Shown: positions 10,881 through 22,622 of the stretch, in pieces
Position numbering within the stretch: the stretch's first letter is position 1
How the letters are laid out: every line of letters starts with the position of its first letter
NCBI GenBank assembly: GCA_020536535.1
Contig: JAHLWZ010000702.1
Span: forward strand, 62,001-126,000
Source: Pelomyxa schiedti
Taxonomy: Eukaryota; Protista; Evosea
Direction of reading: 5' to 3'
Length of the DNA stretch: 64,000 bases
The notes under the pieces: generated by a model
What the model saw: only the letters and a program-made list of their open reading frames with translations
What the model was told of the DNA's origin: nothing
Databases searched by the model: none
Translations under genes and position numbers: made by a program

Positions 10881-13200
10881 ATGAGTGATGGTGGTGCGCC
10901 AGGGGACAGCGGCACTTCCAACGAACCCAGCGTCGCCCCAACTGCCACCACGGTGCCGTCGGTAGATAAGTCCACGAGCCACAGACAACACCGGCAACAG
11001 CAGCAGCCACAAGGCGCAGAGGGCCCCAAGCTGCACCGCCGCAAGTCCGCCGCGGACGTCAATCTGCCCTCGCAGTCCCTCATTGCCACCGCGTCGTCCT
11101 CTTCCCCCAGCACCAACTCCAACAAGCAGTCCTCTTCATCCTCCTCCTCCTCCGCCACCACACACAGGCACCACCACCACACGGCCAGCGTCAACCACCT
11201 GACATCGTCGGTAGATTTGAGTGACCCATTCAACCCAGGCGTCGGCGTCGGTTGCTCCTCCCCGTCGGCGTCGTCCTCCCTGTCGTCCTGCAGCGGCGCA
11301 CCCACAATTGCGCTTTCCGCCACCGCCACCGGCGCCATCCTGCCGCCCAGCGCGGTCCGGTCCTCGACCGCCACCTCTTCGGTTCCCCTGCCGTCGCCGT
11401 CGTCGTCGCCGATCCCCGGCGACGGCTCGCCATCAGGCGAAGTCGGGCACCACAAGAAGAACAAGTCGAACGACTCGGGGCACCACCACCACCACTCGTC
11501 GTCACACCACTCGTCGTCGCACGCCGGGGGATGCTCGTCTGCGTACCTTTCGGCGTCGTCGCCTCCGGCCTCGCCGCCTTTGCCGTCGGCTTCTCGGATG
11601 TTCAAGAAGTCGTCGTCTTCTGTGAGCCTGCGCGACCACATTCCTTCATCTTTTCGGCTGGGCAGCAGTGAGGTGGTGTTTGTGCCAAATAACAGCCAGG
11701 AATTCGAGTCTGCTGCTGAGAGAAGTATTGGCATTGAGGAAAGTAAGAGAAGAAGAAGGCGGAGACGGGAGTCAATGGACTTTCCCCCTTCTTCATTCAC
11801 AATCTCTGATAACATTCCTCCACCGCAAATTTCGCCCCAACTTTCACTTCGTACCTCTCTGTCTGCAACACCCTCACCGGTGCCAACAGAAGAGTTTCAA
11901 GTGAGATCAAACCCAACTAGTCCTCTTATACCTCCACCTTTGATTGCTCCAGCTGAAGTTATTGAAAAAATGGAGCGTGAACTTCTGCTTCCGCCTCCTT
12001 CTTTGGAAGGCGATTCGCAACCTCCACCTGTGTTACCCCCACCACTGGAGACGATGGTTGATGTTCCTCCACCTTGTGATGACGTGATGGAACTGTTACA
12101 GTTTATACCACCACCTCCACAACTTCCACTCTCTTCCCCACCTCCACCTCCATTTGATCGAATAGAATTGCCAGTTGATATCCCCATTGAGGCACCAATT
12201 GACATTCCGATTGATGTTCCACCCCCTCAAGACACTGACAAGATTGATGTTCCCCCTCCTCCTCTTCCCGTAGAGGTTTCCACTCCGATCTCTTATTAAA
12301 AACGAAAATAATCCGGTAAATAACTGAATAAAAATACGCGACAGAACCCTTCTATGCCAAGTGGCTGGGAACAAAGATTCGATCCATCAGTCAATTGCCC
12401 ATATTATATCAACAAATCACTTAAGATATCTCAGTGGCATTATCCTTCAGTTGATAGCTTTCAAGTACTCTTTCAGATACGATTTTTTTTCTTGTAACAG
12501 CACGAAGTCCAATGAATTATTACTGCCACCAGAAGTTCCTGCACCCTCACCCCCCAGTGAGTTCAAATTTTATCATTTACTTCCCTCATTTTTTCCTAGC
12601 CAAAATACCCGCTCTCTTTGGTCCTCTGCCTCTTATTCCTGTTTTCAATGTCCGACGTAAACCCAAGGAAGGAGCTGAATCCCAACTCGATAGTGAATAC
12701 AAGCAATCTATTGTAAATGGCCTCTGGCTATTTCTGAAAACCAGGTACGTTGTGCCCATTGGTGTTATCGTTGGTTTAATCTGTTAACCCAAATAGGCCA
12801 TCTTTAGCGGAAGGAGGCAGTAAGAAAATCGTAGATACTCCATGCCTTTCTGACAGAGGACCGCGCCAACCTGAGGTATCCACGGAAATTGCCGCTTTCC
12901 TTCTCATTCTCAATAGCCACAACCTAGACCACGTCGCAGTGAAACGATTTCCTTTAAAAAGGTATACCACTTGACAACTTAACATGGATCCGACACCGCA
13001 CAGACTTCGCAGGATGACGATGCTCTGTCCAAGCCCAAGGGCCGGTCTTCACTAAGAATTCCGCACATTTCTACTCTTCGTCCCGCCCTTGACCCAGCCA
13101 TGTTTGATCCAGACCAAGAGGTACTTCTACTTCTACTTCCTACAAATTTGACTGGGTTTCTTTCCCCATAACGCTCGCACAGCATGGTAAAAGGCACTGA
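10881..13200 (+). CDS. Ser/His/Pro-rich protein with a WW domain (multi-exon)
   Basis: ORF 10881..12299 is low complexity. After a GT-AG intron the next exon reads MPSGWEQRFDPSVNCPYYINKSLKISQWHYP (WW signature W...YY...QWxxP). Further exons lead to a putative stop at 13198-13200. Confidence 0.65.
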
Positions 13201-13640
13201 CGATGTTTGTACATCCTAGCCTTGTATATTAGACCAATGTCCCTAAATGATTGTCTGTGGTCTTTTGTGTAATTTTGCGTGAACGCACTCAAGGACACAA
13301 ACAAAACATCGGTTCAACGTTTTCTTTTTTCTCCCAAAAACAGGGTTCCGGTCTCTTGATTATCTTTTTTATGACCCAATCCTGGTTGTAGGAACATCAA
13401 CCATTCCCCTATTTTACCATTGTTATGCGTCTCTGTGATCAAAGAAGGAAGTCCCGGCATCAGCTAATCCACGTAAATTCGGTGACCTTTCAGTTCACTC
13501 CCACTGTGAGCTAGTCCAGCGTAATCTTTTCCTTGTTCGGTACTAAGCGTTTTCTCCAAACATGCCAAGGCAGAAAAACGCAGCAGGGGTTACAAGACGG
13601 TAAAAACACAAAAAAAAAGAAAGAACCAGGAAACAGAACA

Positions 13641-16600
13641 ATGAAGGCGGTTTTGCACAGCAACAAAGTGGGCGATGACGAGTCAGTGGACGAGACAGCT
13701 GCATCCTTTGGTGGTAGCAATGTTCAGCTTTATGCTATTGGGAAGCCAATAGAGGCCCACGGCCTGCTAAATGAAAAGAGGTAGGAGTGTTGTTTTACTG
13801 GTTGGTTTGTCTGCTCATTTTCTTGGCAGGATGGCTGGCATTTTTTCATTGAGACTTATTGTGCCACTCGCGGCCGTGGTTGTTGTAGTCACTATTGTAA
13901 TGGCCTGTTTGGCACCAATGACTACATTGTGGGTCACATCATTGAAGGGCCTCACTGCCACTTGTACGGGGAGCTTATCAAAAGTATCTTCCTCTCAGTA
14001 TTTTGTCAACCTCTCACTGTGTGCTTAGGAAATGGACGTATATAGAAACTTGCTTGTAGACAAGAGTGTCGAGAGTATTTCCGCACAAATGAACATTCCT
14101 CCAATGGTAGCCGATGCCTTGAAGGTAGCGGTTCCAGAGGCGGCTTACACATCCACTGTACCACTGCACAATGACAGCAGTGAATTCCAATTGTATTACA
14201 GAGGACTGGCCAAGCAATTTTCTTCAATAAGCAATCTGGTAACTAGATTTTGGAGTGCGAATTGCTTTAACGTCTCCCAGATGGCCGCATGGGAGAATTC
14301 TAATGGAAATCATCTCTATTGCGATCAGCAGACATATTGGTGTTATCATGACAGTACGGTTGACACCAATGTGACATATTTTTGGCTGGATGGAGATACA
14401 CCAACTACGAACCCAAGAGGCGGAGATATAACCAACTATAATCTTACAATAAGGGGCTGGTGGTAAGCTCTTTGGTCCAATATCGTGTACTAATTTGGTC
14501 TCAGGAAAATAGGACTCAAGGCGTGGAATGGCTCCTGGACATCTGTATATAAATCTGCAAATCCGTCAGAGGGGCGTGTGATGGCATACACTATTAGACC
14601 TAAGTTCTCTGTCCCTGTCGTAGTCCAAATTACATACACAATGGCGTTCTTGCAGAACTTCTTCTCCAACTTCAACCTCACTCAGAATGGATTGGCCTTT
14701 TTGGCCGAGGATATGACTCTCAAAGTCATTGCCGCGACAAGAGGAATTCCAATCCTCACCCCCGCGGGAGGAGATGTATATGCCACAAATTGTTCGAATA
14801 CAACGATAGTTGAGGCTGCGCTGAAGGTTTATCTCATTTCGTAGATTAAACGTAGGTAATGGTCTCTTCAGTGGTTGAACCTCACGGGTCATGAACCCGC
14901 AGAACAGCATTTCACTATCTTGCAGGATGGCGGAACGTCTTATGTTGATGTGGTACCAATTAAAGCAAAAGGCGGACTTGTTTTGTGGCTCTATCTCATC
15001 ACTCCAGAAATTGTATTTTGACAAAGTAATAATGTGAACTAATCCAGAAAAAAAGGATTTTATGCAAGACATTCAAGAAGAGCAAACCAAGTCAGTCGAT
15101 CATGCTTACTTCTCTTTGTGGGTGGTTCTTGCTGTTGAAATATTCATTGGACTTCTATCCGTTATAGTCAGTCTCACACTTGCGCTTGTATTAGCTCGGG
15201 CACTTGATGATGTAATAAGTAAGCTCCAGAAAGTATCCAGTGGACATTTATCCAAGTATTCTCTCTTTTGCTAGTAGGGGAATAGATTTTGACTTCTTAC
15301 AGGAGTATGAGCACTTCAGATTTAAAAAGGAGTGTTTTGAAAGAAATTGATTCGGTATCACGTATTCTCACTCTTCAACGTGCTGAATTATTCTAGCTCA
15401 ACTCAGAAGTGACGATTATGCAGTCTGCATTGGACTCGTTTAGTCAGTATGTTCGTTTATTGTCGTCTGCTGAGTCTAATTTTCTTTCTCAGATATGTTC
15501 CAACGCAAGTTGTCAGGTAGAGTATCGTTCAATACGAGAGCAATCATTCATTTATTTGAAAGGTATCTATGCAAAAACCACATGAGACCAGTTGTTGGAG
15601 TCACAGCAATGCACTGCACTGTTATGTTTCTTGATGTGGTGGATTTTGTAAGCTTTCCCGAGACTTGGATTTTTCTTACAGTATCAGACTCAAAGTATGG
15701 AGCAATATGGTGCTCAAGAGATTATTGAAATTCTCTCTGTCATGTTTGAGTCATTTTCGACAATAATCACGAAGAACAATGGTTGCATTGATAAGGTGTG
15801 CACCTTACAATCAAGTGGTTCCATTATGTAATTCCTTTACAGTACATTGGAGATGCAATTATGGTATCCAGTTGGTCTTACGTTAACGTGTAAGTAAAAT
15901 ATGAAAAGGCCTTATGGGGATGTCCTGTTGCAGACCCTAACTCCGAAATGAATGCGTGCAAGGCAGTAGCTGAGATACAAGCAGAATTGGCAAGATTGAA
16001 TGCAATTTTTATTTTGAAATCAAAGCCTTCAATGCGAATTCGAATTGGGGTATGTTGTCTCACTGGTTTCTCCAAGTTAATGGCAAGTAGTTGCATGCAG
16101 GGGAAGTTAGAGCCGGTAATGTTGGGTATGGCACAAATACATTATGCACAATTTCAGTAATGCCATTCACAGATCCAGTCAGAGGCTCAACTACACAGTG
16201 CTAGGAAATACAGTAAACTTGGCTAGTAGACTGGAACCCCTGAACAAAGAGTTGCTCACTTCCGTACTGGTATCAGATAGTATCAGAGATGCATGCAAAG
16301 ACTCCAGCTTTGCCTGGAGGGCCCTAGGCCACATCAAGGTTAGTGTTTCCCAACTCCCTTAGAGATTGGTTTGTGTCATTGTTATTCGGTGTTCATTCCT
16401 GACATAGGTAAGAGGATTCAAAGAACCTGTTCGCGTGCATGAATTCTTTGGATACTCAGAACAGTAAGAAACAATTCTTATCTTTATCGCATCCTCCCAC
16501 TCACAATGCTCCTCTACCAATCGCCACCCAACAACAGATTAAAACCCGAGGTCAAAAAGCGAATGGAGGATTACACTCACATTGACAAGTTGCTCCAACA

Positions 16601-16757
16601 AACAAACAAGAAAGGCAGCAAGGCAGCGACGCCAGGGGACGTGGCCGATGCCATGGACGAATACCTAAACCAAAACCCCGACGACTTCACAATCGCTCGG
16701 GCCAGAGAGGTCCTACTAGATCTCAGAAGTCATAATGGCAGTGTGGCTCGTTTGTAG
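13641..16757 (+). CDS. Class III receptor-type adenylyl/guanylyl cyclase (TM - extracellular sensor - TM - HAMP-like - cyclase)
   Basis: Two hydrophobic helices (near 13850 and 15120) flank a ~350-aa loop. Catalytic motifs: TVMFLDVVDF, GCIDK-YIGDAIM-ALWG, MRIRIG-LHAGEVRAGNVG, RLNYTVLGNTVNLASRLEPLNK. The Lys in DKYIGD suggests ATP specificity. Confidence 0.9.
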
Positions 16758-16921
16758 AATTATGTATCTGAGTTTTGATTGGTACTGGAATTTTACTCGG
16801 TGTTGTTGAGTGCCCTCTCTGCCCCGTTTTGTACATAAATGCAAAGAATAAAAAGTCTTGAGTTTCTTTTGAAACTCCACTGATGCTTTGTTTTTAGTAT
16901 ATGTTGGTGACTGTGCTTGTA

Positions 16922-18082
16922 TCAATAAGCAGAGGCTTCTTCAGTTATGGTGGAAATAGGGCAGACTGTAATCTGCCTAGATAACAGGCCAGAGGCAAGG
17001 GATATGATATGGGCGGGTGCTCCCGTAGTGTGTTCTAGCTGTGGGAGAGCTGCCCATGAGGTAGTGCACCCACTGACTGTGATTGTTGGGGGTGCCCCAT
17101 TGACTTCCGGTGTGGTGCAGGTGAGTATGAACTCAACAACAGCAATATCTGATTTCACTCGTGGAGGGAAGTGCCGGACCTGTACAACTCCAGAGAGACT
17201 GCTTGTGGATGACCAGGACTTCATTAATTGAGTGGCGTAGTCAAGTATAAAACAAGACGGTTGCATTATTCCATGCGGTACGTTACAAGCCCCATCTCCT
17301 TCTGTTCCAACTTAGAAAAGATTCACATAGTAATTATGCCTACCAGAGATGATAAGGATGCGATCCTGACAAGTGAAAAGAAGAGATACACAGAAAGTAA
17401 TTTTGCACACGACCTTTTCATGATCTACCAAGTCCATATCTTGTCCCCAAAAAAGACTCAATGGATAAACCGGAGGTCCGCGCTCCACCCACTTGAAAAT
17501 TTTTAGTACTTCCATACTCCGAAGCCGTTTGGTGGCTAGTTCCTCAGTAGTTACCCTGCATAAGAAAAGTTACTTTGTTCCTCGCCAAAAAAAGTTACCA
17601 TCGAGCCTCGAGAGTCTCCTCGTCTGGTACTGTTTTAAGAGGTGTATTGTCTGCTGGATGTGCAAGAAATATTACTCGGAAACGGTGGAATCCAACAAAA
17701 GAGTGCTGCACACATCAAAAAGATAGTGAATTAATTCCCACAATCTGAATGAAGGAATGACAACTAATTACCTGGATTCTCAATATTCCTTCCAAGTTGA
17801 CTGGTATTCCTGCCTCCTCAAGCGTTTCTCTCACAGCCCCAGTCGGAAAAGTCTCCCCATAGTCCACTCTAAACCCGCCCTCGTTAGAATCAACGACCTC
17901 CTCCCCATTGAGTCTTTTGGTAATGGCAGTGTAAAAACAAACCTGCCAGCAGGCAAATACCAGCCGTCTCTTTCGCGAACGGAAACAAACGAGTGCGCGT
18001 CATTCGGGGGTGTGACCACGCACAAGGACACCATGACACCATTAACCGCCGCCCTCCTTTGCTCACCGCCAGTGTCCGCCAT
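16922..18082 (-). CDS. Nudix hydrolase with C-terminal extension (multi-exon)
   Basis: Exons spliced: [47 protein letters not shown] (Nudix box GX5EX7REUXEEXGU), FRVIFLAHP...PDEETLEARW, VTTEEL...FKWVERGPPVYPLSL. Confidence 0.85.
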
Positions 18083-18153
18083 TAATTAACAAATCCCGAA
18101 ACAATAATTTGGTAACCGAGTCCTTGCTTTGTCGGAAATAAAAATAAAAAGAA
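18083..18153. promoter_or_regulatory. 71-bp divergent intergenic spacer (putative bidirectional promoter)
   Basis: Lies between the Nudix ATG (18082, minus) and the inferred vWA-Vint ATG (18154, plus); AT-rich. Confidence 0.45.
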
Positions 18154-20524
18154 ATGTCTGCCCATACGACGTCGGCGGTGGAGAGGGTTGTTGGTGTTAC
18201 GGTGAATGTAGACAACAGTGGTTTTGGAGTGGTAACAGTACAGCCGCCCGAGCAAACAGCAAGGACACCTGTAGATCTTGTGTGGTACGCTGCTGGTGTT
18301 CTCATTTTTCTTTAATAAAAAAATGACAATGGATTCTGTTACTAGTGTAATTGATGTTTCTGGTTCAATGGGGATCAATGCCAGTTACAAGGCTGCTGCT
18401 GGAGAAGTGGAGTCGACTGGCTTAACTATTTTAGGCATTGTCCCTTATTCCATTCCTCCTCCACTTGCAATGTAACGTAAGTACAGATGTTGTAAAGCAT
18501 GCCGTGAATACCATAGTACATACTCTTGGTAATCAAGACCGTATTGCGTTGGTTCCATTCAGTAGCAGTGCTGATGTGGTTATGCCCCTCACGAGAATGA
18601 ACACCGTTGGGCAAGAAAGAGCTATGGTAACATCTCTAATTTATATTTGGATATGTGGTGATGGTACCCAAGGCTCTCTTACAAAAAATGGACAGTGGTG
18701 GCGGAACCAACTTAACTGATGGCATATTAAGGTTACCCCTGCTCACATTACTACGCCATTAATATAGTTGAAGAGGTTTGGACGTGCTCAAAACTCAACC
18801 CCAAACCACTGGAGAAAGGAGAACCTCTGCAGTTGTGATACTTACTGATGGACAGCCAGACTCTGACCCAAAGCCTGCTCTGGAGGAGTATCGTATTAAA
18901 AATGGGCTCAATTGCACCATAAACTCTTTTGGTTTCGGGTATGATATATATTTTAACAACTTCAAAACTGACGTTCGTTTACCAGATACAATCTGGATAG
19001 TAAACTCTTATATGATTTTGCCACTATAGGAAACGGCATTTACGCCTTTATACCCGACTGTTCGTGAGTTATCTTTAAATTAATCGCAAGGCACTAATGA
19101 ATTGCATAGATTTGTTGGGACTGTATTTGTGCATACGCTAGCCAATATTCTTACACAGATCTCGACTCCAGCCAAACTCACACTCGAGCCTTTAGGAGGA
19201 GCTACCATTAACCTGTGCGGTGGTCTACCCTCAGTTCAGACCCCACATGGGGTGTCCGTAGATATAGGCGCACTTCAAGGGGCGCAACCAAAGCATATCT
19301 GCTTCAATTTAGGAAGTGTACCTTCTACAGCGCCGTGCCTCCGCGCAACGCTATCCTATAGGGATGCAGGAAGTCCACCCACCTATCCAGAAACAAAAGT
19401 TTCTCTGGAAAGTGCTGCCGCAGTTGAACCAATTCCCGAAATTGAAGCGCAACGATGTAGAACTTTATTCATTGACACTGTCAGTCAAATACTGCAGAGA
19501 CGCACTTATTCCCCCTCTTCTATTGGAGAAGTCCAACATCTTGTTGATACCCTAACACATTCTCCTGCAATCAGCGAGGAATGTGTTGCTGCACTATTAC
19601 AAGATGCCAGTGGCCAAGTTACTGAAGCAGTTTCAAGGTATCCTTCCAACTAGTGTTAACATAGTCACTGAAGAGAATAGGGCAGACTGGTTTGCCAAAT
19701 GGGGAGTGCACTACCTCCCATCTTTAATGAGGGCTCACATATTCGAACAGTGCAACAACTTTAAAGTTTTCCTTTTTTTTGTATACCAATCTAACTATCT
19801 TTAAGGATCCCGGGGTTCAACTTTATGGAAGTGCCCTCTTTTCCTCTATTCGTGATACCGCCGACGACATATTCTGCAAACTTCCTGCCCCAGTTCCACA
19901 CGATCCATTTGACTATGCTGCATATGGAATGCCCCCTCCCACAGTGGCCTCAGTCAACATGGCCTCCTTCAATAGTTCCTACAATCCTTGCTTTGCTGGA
20001 AAGTGTCACGTGGCGATGAGCAACAATGAAACCAAACGTGTGAGCGAAATAAAGGCAGGTGATATTGTACTGGGAGGTGCAAGAGTAGAATGTGTTGTGC
20101 AGACAACTTGTGCAAATGCGAAGGAGTGGCTGGTGCAGTTCGCAGATGGACTCCTTGTGACACCCTGGCACCCAATTCGCATGGGGGAGAAGTGGATGTT
20201 CCCATGTGAGATGGGGAAGCCTACACTTCAGCACTGCGAGTCAGTCTATAGCTTCATCCTTAATGAAAAGCACATCCTAACAATAGATGGAGTGGAGTGT
20301 GTAACGCTTGGGCACAATTTCAAGGGTATGTACATGTGGTATCCTTTCCTAACTGACCACAAACAACAGGTGAGAAAGTTGAACACCCTTACTGGGGAAC
20401 AAAGAGAGTGATTGAAGACCTCAGGATGCAGGATGGCTGGACCGATGGCCGTGTAGTCCTACAACCCAACTGCGTCCTCCGAGACCCAATCACTGGTCTT
20501 GCTTGTGGCCTCAGCACAAACTGA
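18154..20524 (+). CDS. vWA - Vwaint - Vint (Hint-superfamily) protein
   Basis: vWA MIDAS: VIDVSGSM, GGGTNL, ILTDGQP. Vwaint region: ADWFAKWGVHYLPSL...QCNNFKDPGVQLY. Vint/Hint: NPCFAG, VTPWHPI, CVTLGH, EHPYWGT. TGA at 20522-20524. Confidence 0.9.
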
Positions 20525-20760
20525 AACATGTGTTCTGTTTATGTGCCAAAAAAAAAACCTCCCCTTTTCTCAAGATATAAGAAATTTTCAGTTCTCTCAG
20601 CGCATACAGGCACTATCACAATTGGCGGACCAAGGTTTTACATTGCCTTTCCATAACAGGCATCAACAGCCCGCTGGAACACTCACAGCCTTGTGCACGT
20701 CCTTGTCAACACACTATTTCGGAGAAGTAAAAATCAAGAGTTGCTGGTGGGCAGACGGCT

Positions 20761-21564
20761 ATGGCGTTGCTGCCACCTCCGCGGTTCTCTTTCGCCTTCC
20801 CTACTCACGTCTCAGAAGAGACCCTGCTAGCCTTCCTAGCTCGATCATTGTCGAGTTCGCCGTCTCGCACCCTACGCCGGATGTGTCGCGACGCCCCCCA
20901 CGCCGCAGCCGTGCTGGCGAGCGTGATGTCGTACACTGCAACAGGCTATGCGAATGAAATCAGGCTGGTGCGGGGCCAGGCCTACGTGGTCGTGGGCTCG
21001 GCTGCCGTCGACGGCGTGACTCCTGATAAGTTCTTCTTCTCTGAGCATGAGCCGAGGGACACTTTTGAGCCTGGGGAGTGGGTAAACATACATTTGGCTG
21101 TGGGTGAAGCTGACACTGACGGTGCGGATGGCGCGGAAAGTTACGGGTGTTGCAGTGGAACAGGTGCGAACAGTTGTAGCGCAAGCAGGGGAAAGTGGGC
21201 GAAATTCTTCCCGCGGGTGTTTGCACTTGGACAGTTCTATATGGCCTCTTTGAGGCCCGCTCACATTGTAGTTACTGCGTGGCTGTGTGCCACTGCCGCC
21301 CGGATTCTTGTCAAGGATTCCAGCACTTCGAACTGCGGTGGTATTGCTCATCAGGCCGAGTGTTTGCTAGCGCCGCTATTGTGTGAGGACACCTGGACAC
21401 AGGCCAGGATTGACTGTGCCTTTGCATGCAATCTGCTATCTATTGCGGCTCAGACTTTTGAGGGTTCAGTGACTGCCACTGGAGGAGATCTCAGTACTGT
21501 TCTCGCTGCCTTACATGAGGCCGACAACATGTGCCCCTTGCGCCAGTCCCTTGTGTATCATTAA
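20761..21564 (+). CDS. hypothetical protein, single exon, 267 aa
   Basis: Long ATG-initiated ORF with protein-like composition and a GC-rich 5' end. No family recognised. Confidence 0.55.
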   Translation: MALLPPPRFSFAFPTHVSEETLLAFLARSLSSSPSRTLRRMCRDAPHAAAVLASVMSYTATGYANEIRLVRGQAYVVVGSAAVDGVTPDKFFFSEHEPRDTFEPGEWVNIHLAVGEADTDGADGAESYGCCSGTGANSCSASRGKWAKFFPRVFALGQFYMASLRPAHIVVTAWLCATAARILVKDSSTSNCGGIAHQAECLLAPLLCEDTWTQARIDCAFACNLLSIAAQTFEGSVTATGGDLSTVLAALHEADNMCPLRQSLVYH

Positions 21565-21644
21565 TCCACTACGAATAACAGATGTTGATTGCTTTAGCGG
21601 AAAAAAGCGTTTTCATCGTATCAAATCAAAGGGTGGTTATCGCC

Positions 21645-22463
21645 ATGGGTTTCCGTCGTCTTTTGTTGGTGCTCATTTTAACAATAACATTGTACTCTGG
21701 TTCGATAAGTGCGTGTTGCTACATTTTGATCTTTTATGTTTTTTTTTTTTTTCCAACATCAAAAGTATGTTGTATCCTGTGCATGTTGCCAGATTCAGAG
21801 TGGTATCGATTGACACTGTCAGCTTGTGCGTTAAGTTCCACCGATTTTTCTGTTTCAGATGAGACTAATGTATTTCGTATTTGATACAGTCACTGAATAC
21901 GAAACGTGGAACAGTGTGAGCAAAACAGACGACGCCCTGCTTGAATTATACCGTATTGTATATTCGTTGTTGGGTGCTGGGTGCGGCTTCAGCTTTTTAA
22001 CTGTTCTCTTTGCTGTTATACTGGCTTTTTCTGTGTGTGTGAGAAGCAAGCATTCTAAAGCATTCAAGTATGATTTCTTTAAGCCTTCATTTTGCTTCGT
22101 TAAAAAGAAAACCTCCTAAATAGCCTCAAAAAGGGGTTGTGCTGTTGCATTTGCAGCGGTGGCGTGTATATTGTCCCTTCTTGGGTCTCTTTACTTCATC
22201 CGTAGACCATGGTACTACAATCAGACCACCGCCTGCGTTATCTCCATTGGGCCTTGCACATCATTCCGCGGTTCAGAAAGTGGCTTTAGCTGGGGTCCAG
22301 GTAGTTCCCACTTTCTCCACACTCATGTTACTTACAAAACGAACCAACAGAGAAAGCGTGGATAGGCTCCGTTGTTGGTGCTGCTTTGACAATACCTGCA
22401 TTCTTTGTGGTACTAGTTTCAAGTTCTTCACCCAAGAGAAAGAGAGGCTACACCCAACTATAG
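21645..22463 (+). CDS. small four-TM (claudin/amastin-like topology) membrane protein
   Basis: Spliced hydrophobic segments MGFRRLLLVLILTITLY, GFSFLTVLFAVILAFSV, GCAVAFAAVACILSLLGSLYF and AWIGSVVGAALTIPAFFVVLV; ends RKRGYTQL* at 22463. Confidence 0.55.
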
Positions 22464-22622
22464 GTCCATTTTCTTTGGTCAAAATTCCTCCAGCCATCTC
22501 ATTACAGAACTCTCACAGTCCAACGTGGGTTTTCCAACAAATCAAATCTTTGTTGTTACGCGAAAACTGGCAGCGGAATCAAATAAATATAATTTGCGCC
22601 AGTGCGGGGAAGGACGAGCACG

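Noticed and set aside
10595-11815. 406-aa minus-strand ORF
   Set aside because: Antisense shadow of two GC-rich plus-strand coding regions (TRIM 3' end and WW-gene exon 1). Stop codons are rare at this GC content, and it has no motifs.
13200-13640. possible ncRNA or small gene in the largest plus-strand gap
   Set aside because: No tRNA cloverleaf, snoRNA box pair or convincing ORF could be supported by eye.
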